Shown: one piece after another, positions 17,828-27,831 of the stretch | Layout: every line of letters begins with the position of its first letter | Position numbering within the stretch: position 1 is the first letter of the stretch | NCBI GenBank assembly: GCA_030613005.1 | Contig: JAUWMV010000001.1 | Location: 7,771-71,770 of the forward strand | Origin: a bacterium | Lineage (GTDB): Bacteria > UBP14 > UBA6098 > B30-G16 | Direction of reading: 5' to 3' | DNA: 64,000 nucleotides | The notes under the pieces: generated by a model | Database searches by the model: none | Seen by the model: the letters and a program-made list of their open reading frames with translations, nothing else | What the model was told of the DNA's origin: nothing | Made by a program: the position numbers and the translations under genes

Positions 17828-20800
17828 ATGGCATTGAATTTTAATGTTACCAATACACGGCAAGAATCAAATTTCTCTGCAATTAAAGTTATGTTGTCTA
17901 GTCCGGATACTATTAGATCATGGAGCTATGGCGAGGTGACTCGACCTGAAACTATTAATTATAGAACTTTTAAACCTGAGAATGGAGGTTTATTCTGTCA
18001 GAAAATTTTTGGTCCAGTCAAAGATTTTGAATGTTCGTGTAGTAAATATAAAGGTATAAGATTCAAAGGCGTTGTTTGCGACAGATGTGGTGTTGAGATT
18101 ACATATTCCAAAGTTAGACGCCAAAGAATTGGGCATATTGAACTTGCTGTTCCGGTAACTCATATATGGTATGTTCGTACGAATCCTTCCCGTATTGGCA
18201 CTTTACTTAACCTTTCATACTCTAATTTAGATCAGATAATTTATTATGAAAACTATATTGTTACTGATCCTGGTGATACTGAAATCACTGGACTTAAATA
18301 TAAACAGCTGATTACTGAGATGGAATATCGTGAACTTAATGCAAAAAAACTCGAATTTGAAGCTATGATGGGCGGTATTGCTCTAAAAAAACTGCTCCAG
18401 CAACTTAGGTTAGATGAATTAGCAGCTGAATTGCGGTCTAAACTTAACTTGGAAAAATCTGAACTACAAAAGAAGTCATTACTAAAAAGACTTTCGGTTG
18501 TCGAGGCTTTAAGGGCTTCAGGGAACAAGCCAGAATGGATGATTCTTGAGGCTATACCAGTTCTTCCACCTGACCTTAGACCTCTAATTCCTCTCGAAGG
18601 CGGTCGATTTGCAACATCCGACTTAAATGATTTATATCGTAGGCTTATAAACCGTAATAACCGACTCAAAAAATTAATGGAAATTCTAGCTCCTGAGGTT
18701 ATTCTCCGCAATGAAAAACGATTGCTTCAGGAAGCCGTGGACGCATTAATTCAAAATGGGAAAGTTACAACAGCAGTTCGGGGTCAAAATAAGAGACCAC
18801 TTAATTCACTTTCAGATTTTTTGAAAGGTAAGCAGGGAAGATTTAGGCAAAACCTTCTTGGAAAACGTGTCGATTATTCCGGTCGTGCAGTTATCGTTGT
18901 AAATCCAGAACTTAAGATATGGCAATGTGGACTTCCTAAAACAATGGCTCTCGAGTTATTTAAGCCTTTTATTATCCGTAAACTTGAAGAGAAAGGTATT
19001 ACGCAATCAGTTAGAAGTGCAAAAAAACATGTCGAGAGAGTTAAACCTGAAATTTGGGATCTTCTTGAGGAGATTACTAAAGATCATCCTGTAGTTTTGA
19101 ACAGAGCACCAACGTTGCATAGACTCTCTATTCAAACTTTTTATCCAATACTCGTTGAAGGGAAAGCTATTCAAATTCATCCCTTGGTTTGTAATGCTTT
19201 TAATGCTGATTTCGATGGTGATCAAATGCCAGTTCATGTGCCGCTTAGTTTTGAAGCTCAATTAGAAAGTCATCTTTTAACTATTTCAGCAAATAATATT
19301 ATATCTCCCTCTGATGGTTCACCTATTGCTTCACCTACTCGAGATATGGTTCTTGGTATTTATTATATTACAAAGGAAAAACCAGGTGAAAAAGGTGAAG
19401 GAAAAGTTTTTTCTTCATCCGACGAGGTCATAGTTGCATTTGATAATGGGCTTTTAGGCGAACACGCATTGATTTTTGTAAGAATGCCTTCTCAGCAATT
19501 TCATTTAACAGTTGAAAATGAGATGGTTATAAATAAGGGAGCTGTAATTGCAAGGATTCCAAAATATCCTGGTAATGTTACTATAAAGAAAAATCAGGTA
19601 AAATACAATCGTGATTTTGATGAAGTTCTTGCACCGATTGCGGGTACTGTAAGTGTTAGAATTGGCGCCGGAATAAATGATAAAACTACAGTTTCCATTT
19701 CAAATAGCAAAGGGAAAACCAAAGAAGTGATAATACCTCATGCTTATGTTGAGACTACTGTCGGAAGAGTTATGCTTAACCAAATTATTCCCAAGGATTT
19801 GGGTTACCAGAACCGACTTATGAAAGTGAAAACTCTAAGACAACTTGTATCAGATGCATACGACAAAGTAGGATTAAGAGAAACCGCTGATTTTCTGGAT
19901 AACTTGAAAAAGTTCGGTTTCGAAGCATCTACTAATGGATCTATTTCCATCGGTATGGATGATCTTATTGTGCCACCTCAGAAGCAAAAGCTTATCGAAG
20001 ACGCTCGAAAAGAAATTGATAGAATTCAGAAGTTAAGAAAAAAGGGTGTTATAACAGAGAACGAGCGTTACAATAACGTTATTAGTATCTGGACAGTAGC
20101 TCAGGAAAATATCACACAGGATTTGTTTGACACACTCGTAAACTACAATTATGGTTTCAATCCTCTTGCAATGATGGTGGATTCAGGTGCAAGGGGAAGT
20201 CAAGATCAAATTAGGCAGCTTTCTGCTCTTAGAGGGCTTATGACAAAACCTCAAAAACGTATGACTTCTCAAACAATTATTGAAACTCCAATTTTATCAA
20301 GTTTTAGAGATGGTCTTTCTGTTATAGAATATTTCCTTTCAAGTCATGGTCAACGTAAGGGACTTGCGGATACTGCATTGAAAACTGCAGAAGCAGGTTA
20401 TCTAACTCGAAGATTAGTCGACGTTGCTCAAGATGTTTATATTACCGAGAAGGATTGTGGTACAATCAGAGGCATCCTTCGAAAAGCTCTTAAGGATGGA
20501 GAAAAAGTCATTATTCCTCTTAGAAACCGAATTCTCGGTCGATATGCTGTTGAGGATGTTTACGATCCTATTAGTGGGGAAATTCTTGTTGAAGCGGATG
20601 AATATATAGATTTAAATAAAGCTAGACTTATAGAAGATAATGGTGTGGAAGCTGTTAGTATTAGATCTGCCCTTACTTGTGAATCAAAACGCGGTGTCTG
20701 TTCAATGTGCTATGGAATGGATATGGGAACCCGGGAAATAGTTTCTATCGGTGAAGCAGTTGGTATAATCGCAGGGGAAAGTATCGGAGAACCAGGAACT

Positions 20801-22198
20801 CAGCTCACTTTAAGAACGTTTCATATTGGTGGTATTGCTGCACCGGAAGCTGAACAAACAGCTATTAAAACAAAATATGCCGGACAGGTTGAATATAGTC
20901 ATCTAAAGGTTATTGCAGACCCACAAGATATTGGAGTTGGTATTGTTATGAATAGAACCGGGTCTATTGCTATTAATTTCGAACACGGTATTCAGCATAA
21001 ATATGAAGTTCCATACGGTGCCAAGCTTTTGGTTAAACATCAACAAGATGTTAAGAAAAACGATATTCTCTATGAATGGAACCCTTATGTCAACCCTATT
21101 CTTACTGACACAGAGGGCGTTGTTGAAATGGTTGATATAGTTGAGGACGTTACAGTTAAAGAAATGATCGATGAAGGCACAATGGTTAAAGAGCTTGTTG
21201 TGCTCGATTTCAGGGATAGAAAGCTTAATCCAAGGGTTATTATTAGAAATAAGGATAAGATTATTTCTACATATCACCTTCCTACAGAGGCACATATTTT
21301 AGTTCAGAATGGCCAGGAAGTAAAACCGGGGCAGCAGATTGCAAAGCTTCATAGATCGATTATGAAAACAAGAGACATTACAGGTGGACTACCAAGAGTA
21401 ACAGAGCTATTTGAAGCAAGGAAACCCAAAAATCCTGCTATCATTGCTGAAATAACTGGTAGAATTAAATTTTTAGGTGAAGAAACTAAAAGACCTGGTT
21501 TTAAAGTTGTCATTCACGGCGATCAGGATGAAATTATGGAGTATCTCATACCTCGCGGAAGACATATATTGATTAAAGATGATGATCATGTTGAAGCTGG
21601 GCAAAAGCTCTGTGATGGTTCTATTATTCCACATGATGTTTTACGAATTAAAGGTGAAGAATCTGTTATGGAGTATTTACTCAACGAGGTACAACAGGTT
21701 TATTCATTGCAGTCGGTTACTATTAACGACAAGCATATCGAGATAATTATCCGACAAATGTTGCGAAAGATTCTGGTGATTGATGGTGGTGATACACATT
21801 TCCTCCAAGGTAAGCAAGAGGATAGAACGACGATTGTTGAGGAGAATGAAAGGATTCATGCTCAAGGTGGACGACCAGCTACTTTCCATCCTTTGCTTTT
21901 AGGGATTACTAGAGCCAGTCTAACAACTGAAAGCTTTATTTCTGCAGCTTCATTTCAAGAGACGGTTAGAGTTCTTACTGAAGCTGTTGTTGCTGGGAAA
22001 ATTGATTATCTTAAAGGACTAAAAGAAAATATAATTATTGGAAGATTAATCCCGGTTGGAACTGGTTTTAGAAAATATCTGAAAATAGAACCTGAATCAA
22101 AAACTCTTGATGAGGATGAAGAGCGTAACTTTATGAATGAAAATTTTGATATAATATATCCAGAGGAAATTGAAGAGGCATATCAATATCCTATATAA
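17828..22198 (+). CDS. rpoC: RNA polymerase beta-prime subunit
   Basis: Zn finger, GKQGRFRQNLLGKRVDYSGR, NADFDGDQM, GEPGTQLT, DITGGLPRV. Confidence 0.99.
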   Translation: MALNFNVTNTRQESNFSAIKVMLSSPDTIRSWSYGEVTRPETINYRTFKPENGGLFCQKIFGPVKDFECSCSKYKGIRFKGVVCDRCGVEITYSKVRRQRIGHIELAVPVTHIWYVRTNPSRIGTLLNLSYSNLDQIIYYENYIVTDPGDTEITGLKYKQLITEMEYRELNAKKLEFEAMMGGIALKKLLQQLRLDELAAELRSKLNLEKSELQKKSLLKRLSVVEALRASGNKPEWMILEAIPVLPPDLRPLIPLEGGRFATSDLNDLYRRLINRNNRLKKLMEILAPEVILRNEKRLLQEAVDALIQNGKVTTAVRGQNKRPLNSLSDFLKGKQGRFRQNLLGKRVDYSGRAVIVVNPELKIWQCGLPKTMALELFKPFIIRKLEEKGITQSVRSAKKHVERVKPEIWDLLEEITKDHPVVLNRAPTLHRLSIQTFYPILVEGKAIQIHPLVCNAFNADFDGDQMPVHVPLSFEAQLESHLLTISANNIISPSDGSPIASPTRDMVLGIYYITKEKPGEKGEGKVFSSSDEVIVAFDNGLLGEHALIFVRMPSQQFHLTVENEMVINKGAVIARIPKYPGNVTIKKNQVKYNRDFDEVLAPIAGTVSVRIGAGINDKTTVSISNSKGKTKEVIIPHAYVETTVGRVMLNQIIPKDLGYQNRLMKVKTLRQLVSDAYDKVGLRETADFLDNLKKFGFEASTNGSISIGMDDLIVPPQKQKLIEDARKEIDRIQKLRKKGVITENERYNNVISIWTVAQENITQDLFDTLVNYNYGFNPLAMMVDSGARGSQDQIRQLSALRGLMTKPQKRMTSQTIIETPILSSFRDGLSVIEYFLSSHGQRKGLADTALKTAEAGYLTRRLVDVAQDVYITEKDCGTIRGILRKALKDGEKVIIPLRNRILGRYAVEDVYDPISGEILVEADEYIDLNKARLIEDNGVEAVSIRSALTCESKRGVCSMCYGMDMGTREIVSIGEAVGIIAGESIGEPGTQLTLRTFHIGGIAAPEAEQTAIKTKYAGQVEYSHLKVIADPQDIGVGIVMNRTGSIAINFEHGIQHKYEVPYGAKLLVKHQQDVKKNDILYEWNPYVNPILTDTEGVVEMVDIVEDVTVKEMIDEGTMVKELVVLDFRDRKLNPRVIIRNKDKIISTYHLPTEAHILVQNGQEVKPGQQIAKLHRSIMKTRDITGGLPRVTELFEARKPKNPAIIAEITGRIKFLGEETKRPGFKVVIHGDQDEIMEYLIPRGRHILIKDDDHVEAGQKLCDGSIIPHDVLRIKGEESVMEYLLNEVQQVYSLQSVTINDKHIEIIIRQMLRKILVIDGGDTHFLQGKQEDRTTIVEENERIHAQGGRPATFHPLLLGITRASLTTESFISAASFQETVRVLTEAVVAGKIDYLKGLKENIIIGRLIPVGTGFRKYLKIEPESKTLDEDEERNFMNENFDIIYPEEIEEAYQYPI

Positions 22199-22270
22199 TT
22201 TAGCTTGCTTAAGAGAATTTCTGAAATAAATTGGTATATGAAAATGAATGATATTGGAGGTAAAAACTGA

Positions 22271-22645
22271 ATGCCAACTGTTAATCAACTTGTTAATAAA
22301 TCACGAGCAAAGGTTATTAAGAAATCTAAATCACCTGCTCTTCACAACTGTCCTCAAAGAAGAGGTGTTTGTATTAGGGTATATACTATGACGCCCAAGA
22401 AACCTAATTCTGCGTTAAGAAAAATTGCTCGAGTGAGACTTACTAACGCTATTGAGGTTACTGCATATATACCTGGTGAAGGACATACCCTTCAAGAGCA
22501 TTCTATTGTACTTGTTAGAGGAGGTCGAGTCAAGGACCTTCCGGGGGTTAGATATCATATTGTTCGTGGTGCTCTGGACAGTGGCGGAGTTGAAGGTAGA
22601 CGAAAAGCTCGATCGAAATATGGTACTAAACAGCCCAAAAAATGA
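22271..22645 (+). CDS. rpsL: 30S ribosomal protein S12
   Basis: [31 protein letters not shown]. Confidence 0.99.
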   Translation: MPTVNQLVNKSRAKVIKKSKSPALHNCPQRRGVCIRVYTMTPKKPNSALRKIARVRLTNAIEVTAYIPGEGHTLQEHSIVLVRGGRVKDLPGVRYHIVRGALDSGGVEGRRKARSKYGTKQPKK

Positions 22646-22709
22646 AACAATTTTAATATACTCAAATTGAAAACACATTTCTCATTCTAATAATTTATAG
22701 GGGTGTGAT

Positions 22710-23414
22710 ATGTATGTAGTTAGAATTTGTACTTTTTGCATTTTAGCTTACGTAATCCTTTTCATTGGTTGTAGTGGTTCTCTTAATGAAATTCAATATG
22801 CTGAAAAAGCTGATGAGGTGTATAAATCCGGTTTGTTTAAGGAGGCTAAACTATATTATAAAAATCTACTGAAGAAGTTTCCCGATTCACCTGATGTCAA
22901 AATATATAAGGAAAGATTAGGTGACGTATTGATTAAGTTAGCTATTTCTGCTAATAGTGAATATGAAGCTAATGCATACATTAGAGAAATAGAGATGTTT
23001 GAGCTTTCAGCGAATGACACTGTTATCTCCTTCTTTAAATATAAACGTGCAATGCAACTTACAGACAGAGAAAGGGATGCGAAATTATCAGAGCTTTCTT
23101 TTAAGCAATATTTGCTTGCAGCACAATATGATCTTAATAGAGGTAAATTTAAAGAAGCTTTAGAAATCTATGAAAATCTTATTGTCAGAATGCCAAATCA
23201 TATGAATCTGGATAAAGCTCTATTTTTAGCAGGATTTATCTCTTCAGAGTACTTAAAGGACATTCATAAAGCTCGTGGTTATTTCCGGAGACTTGTGAAT
23301 GCATTTCCAGAAAGCGATCTCGCTGATGATGGAGAGTGGATGCTGGAAAATATGGGAAAACCACTTGAACAGGTTACATTTCTTCCTGAATCAGAAAAAC
23401 ACCAAAGCAATTAA
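22710..23414 (+). CDS. TPR lipoprotein (BamD/CpoB-like repeats)
   Basis: Lipobox FIGC; AKLYYKNLLKKFPDS, ALFLAGFI...FPESDLADD TPR-type repeats. Confidence 0.75.
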   Translation: MYVVRICTFCILAYVILFIGCSGSLNEIQYAEKADEVYKSGLFKEAKLYYKNLLKKFPDSPDVKIYKERLGDVLIKLAISANSEYEANAYIREIEMFELSANDTVISFFKYKRAMQLTDRERDAKLSELSFKQYLLAAQYDLNRGKFKEALEIYENLIVRMPNHMNLDKALFLAGFISSEYLKDIHKARGYFRRLVNAFPESDLADDGEWMLENMGKPLEQVTFLPESEKHQSN

Positions 23415-23630
23415 ATGTATTTCAAATAATTCAACTAAATGGTTGAAGTCTTTCGACATCAGGTTGGACATATTAAAAAACCAATTTTCATATTCTGCAT
23501 GTTGTTATTAATTAGGTGTTTAAAGTTATAGTCTCGGAAATTCCCTATATTTTGCCATTTATTAAAAACACTCAGCTCATTTTGTTGTAAGAATTTTCCT
23601 TTCAGAAAATCATAATATTTAACAAACCTA

Positions 23631-24238
23631 AGCTATGATATCCTCTATCTTGTGGCATGAGTTTTGCCCTTATCTTTTGGTGATTCAAAATGGATGATTG
23701 TTGAGGATAATGTTAGTGCAACACAGAGCATTGCAAATCTACTTGTATTATCCGAATTAGTATCAAAAAATATACTTTTTCTAATTAGGAGGGGAAATAA
23801 TGCGCTTTATTGGCATTATAACTGTCATTTTGGCAGAAATTGTCTCTTTTTTCAAATGCAACCGTTTTCAGAAATTGAGTAAATTTAAATATTTCAGCAT
23901 ATCTCGGTGAAACGCCGGGAAAACCTGAAGATCGAAAGACTAAATATAGTGAATCCAGTGAAAACCTTAGTCTGACGGTCAGGGAATTGATGTATCAGGA
24001 TAAAATTGAGAAATCTTTTCACGAGGAAGGAGTTTATATTCAGGAAGTTAAAACTTAGTCGGTTGCAGAAAGAGCCGGAATTTTACCGAATAATATTTTG
24101 TTGGAGATAAATGGTTTTCAAATTAAATCCACTAATGATTTCTTTAGAGTTAATGGAAATATTCAAAAAGGTGACCCAATTCTATTTGTTATTTTTCGAA
24201 ATGTTAAGACATACTACCTTTCAACTCGAGTTAGATGA
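23631..24238 (+). pseudogene. Fragmented HtrA/DegP-like remnant with PDZ domain
   Basis: Frame 23882-24238 reads YLGETP...LTVRELM...GVYIQEVKT*SVAERAGILPNNILLEINGFQIKS...LFVIFRN with internal TAG at 24056; upstream frame has LPLSFGDS and ILFLIRRGNN. Confidence 0.7.
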
Positions 24239-24328
24239 ATGTATGCAAAATATTAGCTCTTGGATTTATTAAAGGAATACTTTAGTTATTAGGTTTAAAT
24301 TTCAGTCTGAATCCATTGTGGTGAGGAA

Positions 24329-25189
24329 ATGAAGAAACTTCTATTGATACTGTTTATTATACTTTTCGCTCTGGAAATTTACGCAGATTTCGAAGGCTCA
24401 GAAAGGATTTCTGTTCAGAGTAGTATTAGTTCTAAGAAAATTTCTATGGATGACACAGTTACTGTTGAATATGTTTTTAAGTTTGAGGATAATCCAGCTT
24501 ATTGGATCTTGGAAAATTTTCCGAATCCAACTCTAAAAAATCTTAAGTACATTTCAAGCAGCTCTTCGGTCTCAACGGTTTCGGAACATGGTTGTAAAAC
24601 TGGACATTTTAACCTTAAAATAATATTCATTCCTATCGATAAAGGTAAAGCAAAAATTGAGAATTCCTTAGCTCATTTTGTTAATATACAAGATTCAATA
24701 GAATTAGATGTTAATCTCTCTGGTTTCGATCTTGAGGTTTCGTCCTCAAAGAAATCACCTATACCGCTAATTCCCTTAGGACTCATTTTACTTGGAATTG
24801 CTCTAATTGTAATTCTACTTTTTGTAGTTAAAATCCAATTTAAAAAGTATATGAAAATACCGAAACCGATTAAAGTGGAAACCCCAGAGGAGAAAGCTAT
24901 ACGAGTTCTTGAATGCATCGATCCCCAAAGAATTTCTGCTGTAAATGTTTTAGATGAAGTTTCAAAATGTTTGCGAAAGTATATTGAATTAAAATATAAT
25001 ATTCCCGCCACAGGTATGGCAACCGATGAAATCCTTCAAACGCTTTCTGATCGAGTGATTGGTCAGAGATTCGTTGTTTTACGCGATTCTTTAAAATATT
25101 GTGATGATGTTAGATTTGCTGGAAAATATCCTCATAAGGATGAAGTTGAACTGGCAATTGAGAATGCAAAGATATTTGTGGGAGGGTGA
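24329..25189 (+). CDS. BatD-like membrane protein (MoxR/Bat-associated)
   Basis: Signal peptide, Ig-like beta domain, TM segment, C-terminal LRKYIELKY...ATDEIL...CDDVRFA typical of Bat-cluster proteins; adjacent to MoxR. Confidence 0.65.
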   Translation: MKKLLLILFIILFALEIYADFEGSERISVQSSISSKKISMDDTVTVEYVFKFEDNPAYWILENFPNPTLKNLKYISSSSSVSTVSEHGCKTGHFNLKIIFIPIDKGKAKIENSLAHFVNIQDSIELDVNLSGFDLEVSSSKKSPIPLIPLGLILLGIALIVILLFVVKIQFKKYMKIPKPIKVETPEEKAIRVLECIDPQRISAVNVLDEVSKCLRKYIELKYNIPATGMATDEILQTLSDRVIGQRFVVLRDSLKYCDDVRFAGKYPHKDEVELAIENAKIFVGG

Positions 25190-25210
25190 TAAACTTTAAG
25201 GAGGGAAAAG

Positions 25211-26200
25211 ATGGACATTAAAATTGCAGAATTGAATGAACAAATAAGAGTTGAATCTGCGTTTGTTGAGGATTTCAGGAAAGAAATGAATAAAGTCATC
25301 GTTGGTCAACGAAGAGTTATTGAACGTCTTATGATAGGTCTTCTTGCTGACGGTCACATATTACTCGAAGGGGTTCCTGGTCTGGCTAAAACATTAATGA
25401 TCAGAACGCTTGCAGATTGTATTAATGCTGATTTCAAGAGGATACAATTCACTCCGGATCTTTTACCTGCAGATATAACCGGTACGCTAATTTACAGTCA
25501 GCAAACTGGACAATTCATTCCCAAAAAGGGACCAATATTCGCTAATTTTATTCTTGCAGATGAGATAAACCGTGCACCGGCTAAGGTTCAATCTGCACTT
25601 CTTGAAGCTATGCAGGAAAGACAAGTTACAATTGGCGAAGAGACATACAAACTCCCAGTACCATTTCTGGTTTTAGCGACTCAGAATCCAATTGAGCAGC
25701 AAGGGACCTATCCTCTTCCGGAAGCACAAGTGGACAGATTTATGCTGAAAGTTATTGTTGATTATCCACGTCGAGAGGAAGAACGTAAGATTATGGAAAT
25801 TCATACCCAGATTAATCCACCCACTGCGCAAGTAATCGTTGAACCGACTAAAATCCTTCATGCGCGTAAAGTTATTAGAAATGTATATGTTGACGAGAAA
25901 ATAGAAAACTATATCCTCGATATAGTTTTTGCGACTCGATTCCCAGAGCAGTTTGGCTTAGAGGAACTTCAACCTCTTATTGCTTGGGGTGCTTCTCCAA
26001 GAGCAAGCATGTATTTGCGACTTGCAGCACAAGCTCACGCATTCCTCGAGCATAGAGGTTATGTTACACCAGAGGATATTCGTGCGATCGCAATGGATGT
26101 CCTTAGACATAGAGTTTTGATTACTTATGAAGCTGAAGCGGAAGAAAAAACATCTGAAGATGTTATTAGAATGGTTATGGCAAAGATTGAGGTTCCATGA
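25211..26200 (+). CDS. moxR: MoxR-family AAA+ ATPase
   Basis: LLEGVPGLAKT, RIQFTPDLLPADITG, ADEINRAPAKVQSALLEAM, ATQNPIEQQGTYPLPEAQ, GASPR. Confidence 0.95.
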   Translation: MDIKIAELNEQIRVESAFVEDFRKEMNKVIVGQRRVIERLMIGLLADGHILLEGVPGLAKTLMIRTLADCINADFKRIQFTPDLLPADITGTLIYSQQTGQFIPKKGPIFANFILADEINRAPAKVQSALLEAMQERQVTIGEETYKLPVPFLVLATQNPIEQQGTYPLPEAQVDRFMLKVIVDYPRREEERKIMEIHTQINPPTAQVIVEPTKILHARKVIRNVYVDEKIENYILDIVFATRFPEQFGLEELQPLIAWGASPRASMYLRLAAQAHAFLEHRGYVTPEDIRAIAMDVLRHRVLITYEAEAEEKTSEDVIRMVMAKIEVP

Positions 26201-26317
26201 TTAAATATAATAATTCCGAAAAGCTTATCCGAAGTTTAAGCAGTATTTAGCGTATTATCTACTGTGAATTAATTGTAAGGTTTTTGACATGAGTAAGTTA
26301 AATGAATAGGAAAAATA

Positions 26318-26713
26318 ATGATTATTATACGTCATATTAATTTACCGGAATTCATTGCAGGAGATGATTCAAAGCTCAAGGAAATATTTAATCCACTTAA
26401 GCAGAATTTGGATTTAAGTTACAGTTTAGCGATTGCTCGAATTAAACCAAAAAGCATTACAACCTTACATAAACTTAAGCATTCTGAAGTATATTTTATT
26501 CTCAAAGGAAGAGGAGAAATATACATTGACGATGAAATAGATGAAATCACTGAAGGTGATACGATTTACATCCCTCCGCATTCGAGGCAACGAATGAAAA
26601 ATATTGGAAATGAGGAGTTAGTTTTTTTATGCATTGTAGATCCAGCATGGGCACCTCAGATTGAGGAGATATTAGAGAATAAAGAGAATAATATGGAGAA
26701 TAAACAACTTTGA
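26318..26713 (+). CDS. Cupin-domain protein
   Basis: LHKLKHSEVYFILKGRG, GDTIYIPP, FLCIVDPAW. Confidence 0.85.
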   Translation: MIIIRHINLPEFIAGDDSKLKEIFNPLKQNLDLSYSLAIARIKPKSITTLHKLKHSEVYFILKGRGEIYIDDEIDEITEGDTIYIPPHSRQRMKNIGNEELVFLCIVDPAWAPQIEEILENKENNMENKQL

Positions 26714-26737
26714 AACCAATTATACTTTTTTTTTAAT

Positions 26738-26763
26738 AAAAAAGCTCGAATGATCGAGCCTTT
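26738..26763. terminator. Probable bidirectional intrinsic terminator between convergent genes
   Basis: AAAAAAGCTCGA-ATGA-TCGAGCCTTT. Confidence 0.55.
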
Positions 26764-26801
26764 AATTCTTCGGGTTGCATACTCGAGCGGAATTCTGCCT
26801 T

Positions 26802-27632
26802 TTAAGAAAACACATTTGGGTAATCTTTGATTTTCGCATAGCACATGTCTGGTCCATCCTTACATAGATAATATGGTCCAATATTGCAACGATGACATAA
26901 TCCAAGCCCACAAGACATTCTCCGGTTCATCGACAGGTAAATTTGTTCAGGTTTGAAGCCTAAGTCTAGAAGTTTGTATGTGACAAATTTTAACATAATT
27001 TCAGGACCACACGAAACTACATATGTATCAGGAATATCGATATCCAAATTGTCGAGAAGAACTGTCACAACTCCAACTGTTCCGCTCCACCCAGAATACG
27101 GCGCATCGATTGTTAGAGATAGGTCGGTTTTAGGCATTTTAGACCATTCCTCGTATTGATACCGAAAAACTTGATCGTTTGGTGTTTTTGCACCATATTT
27201 TATTGAGATACGCTTTAATTCATCAACCTTCTCGAAAAGGGAGTATAAACCTGATCTAAGTGGGGCTAAACCTACACCACCACCTACTACTAAAACATTG
27301 TGCCCTTTAAATTTATCCATTGGGTATCCCTTTCCGAAAGGCCCCCTTATTCCTAAAGTATCTCCCTCAAGTGTCTTATTGTGCAGTATTTCTGTGAGTC
27401 TTCCAGCATTAAGGATGGTTATCTCAAGCTCGTCTGAGGTTCCAGGTTTGGACGATGGTGTGAAAGGTGCTTCCCCATAATTCGGAACTGTTAGCTGAAC
27501 GAACTGACCAGCTCGAAATGTGAAAGGTTCATTAAGTTTAAATCTGTAAGTTTTAATTGTTGGAGTTTCATCTATGATATTAGTTACTTTTGCAGGAAGC
27601 GGATAATAAATATTCTCTATCTTTTCGGGCAT
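26802..27632 (-). CDS. FAD/NAD(P)-binding oxidoreductase with [2Fe-2S] cluster (AsrB/HydG/FlxA-like)
   Basis: GQFVQL, RGPFGKG, GGGVGLAPLR, CGPEIM, MSCGLGLCHRC, CKDGP; second ATG preceded by GGAGG. Confidence 0.88.
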   Translation of the reverse strand: MPEKIENIYYPLPAKVTNIIDETPTIKTYRFKLNEPFTFRAGQFVQLTVPNYGEAPFTPSSKPGTSDELEITILNAGRLTEILHNKTLEGDTLGIRGPFGKGYPMDKFKGHNVLVVGGGVGLAPLRSGLYSLFEKVDELKRISIKYGAKTPNDQVFRYQYEEWSKMPKTDLSLTIDAPYSGWSGTVGVVTVLLDNLDIDIPDTYVVSCGPEIMLKFVTYKLLDLGFKPEQIYLSMNRRMSCGLGLCHRCNIGPYYLCKDGPDMCYAKIKDYPNVFS

Positions 27633-27831
27633 TTTATCCTCCATTATAGCATTAGTTAGCCCAAAACTTCAGGTGCTTATATTTAGATGTTTTCTATATT
27701 CAAACAAAATAAAATTCAAATTTTTAACAAATGAAAATAATGCAATTATTATAAAATATGTAATCTCTAAATTTTAAAAGTTCGAATTGTAACCTATGTT
27801 AATTAAAATAAACAACATAGATAATAACATA

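Noticed and set aside
24056-24058. In-frame TAG in the PDZ frame as evidence of stop-codon recoding or pyrrolysine
   Set aside because: TAG terminates several conserved genes at their normal ends (PP2C, manC, pyrB, gpsA, murC), and the region has other lesions, so a pseudogene is the simpler reading
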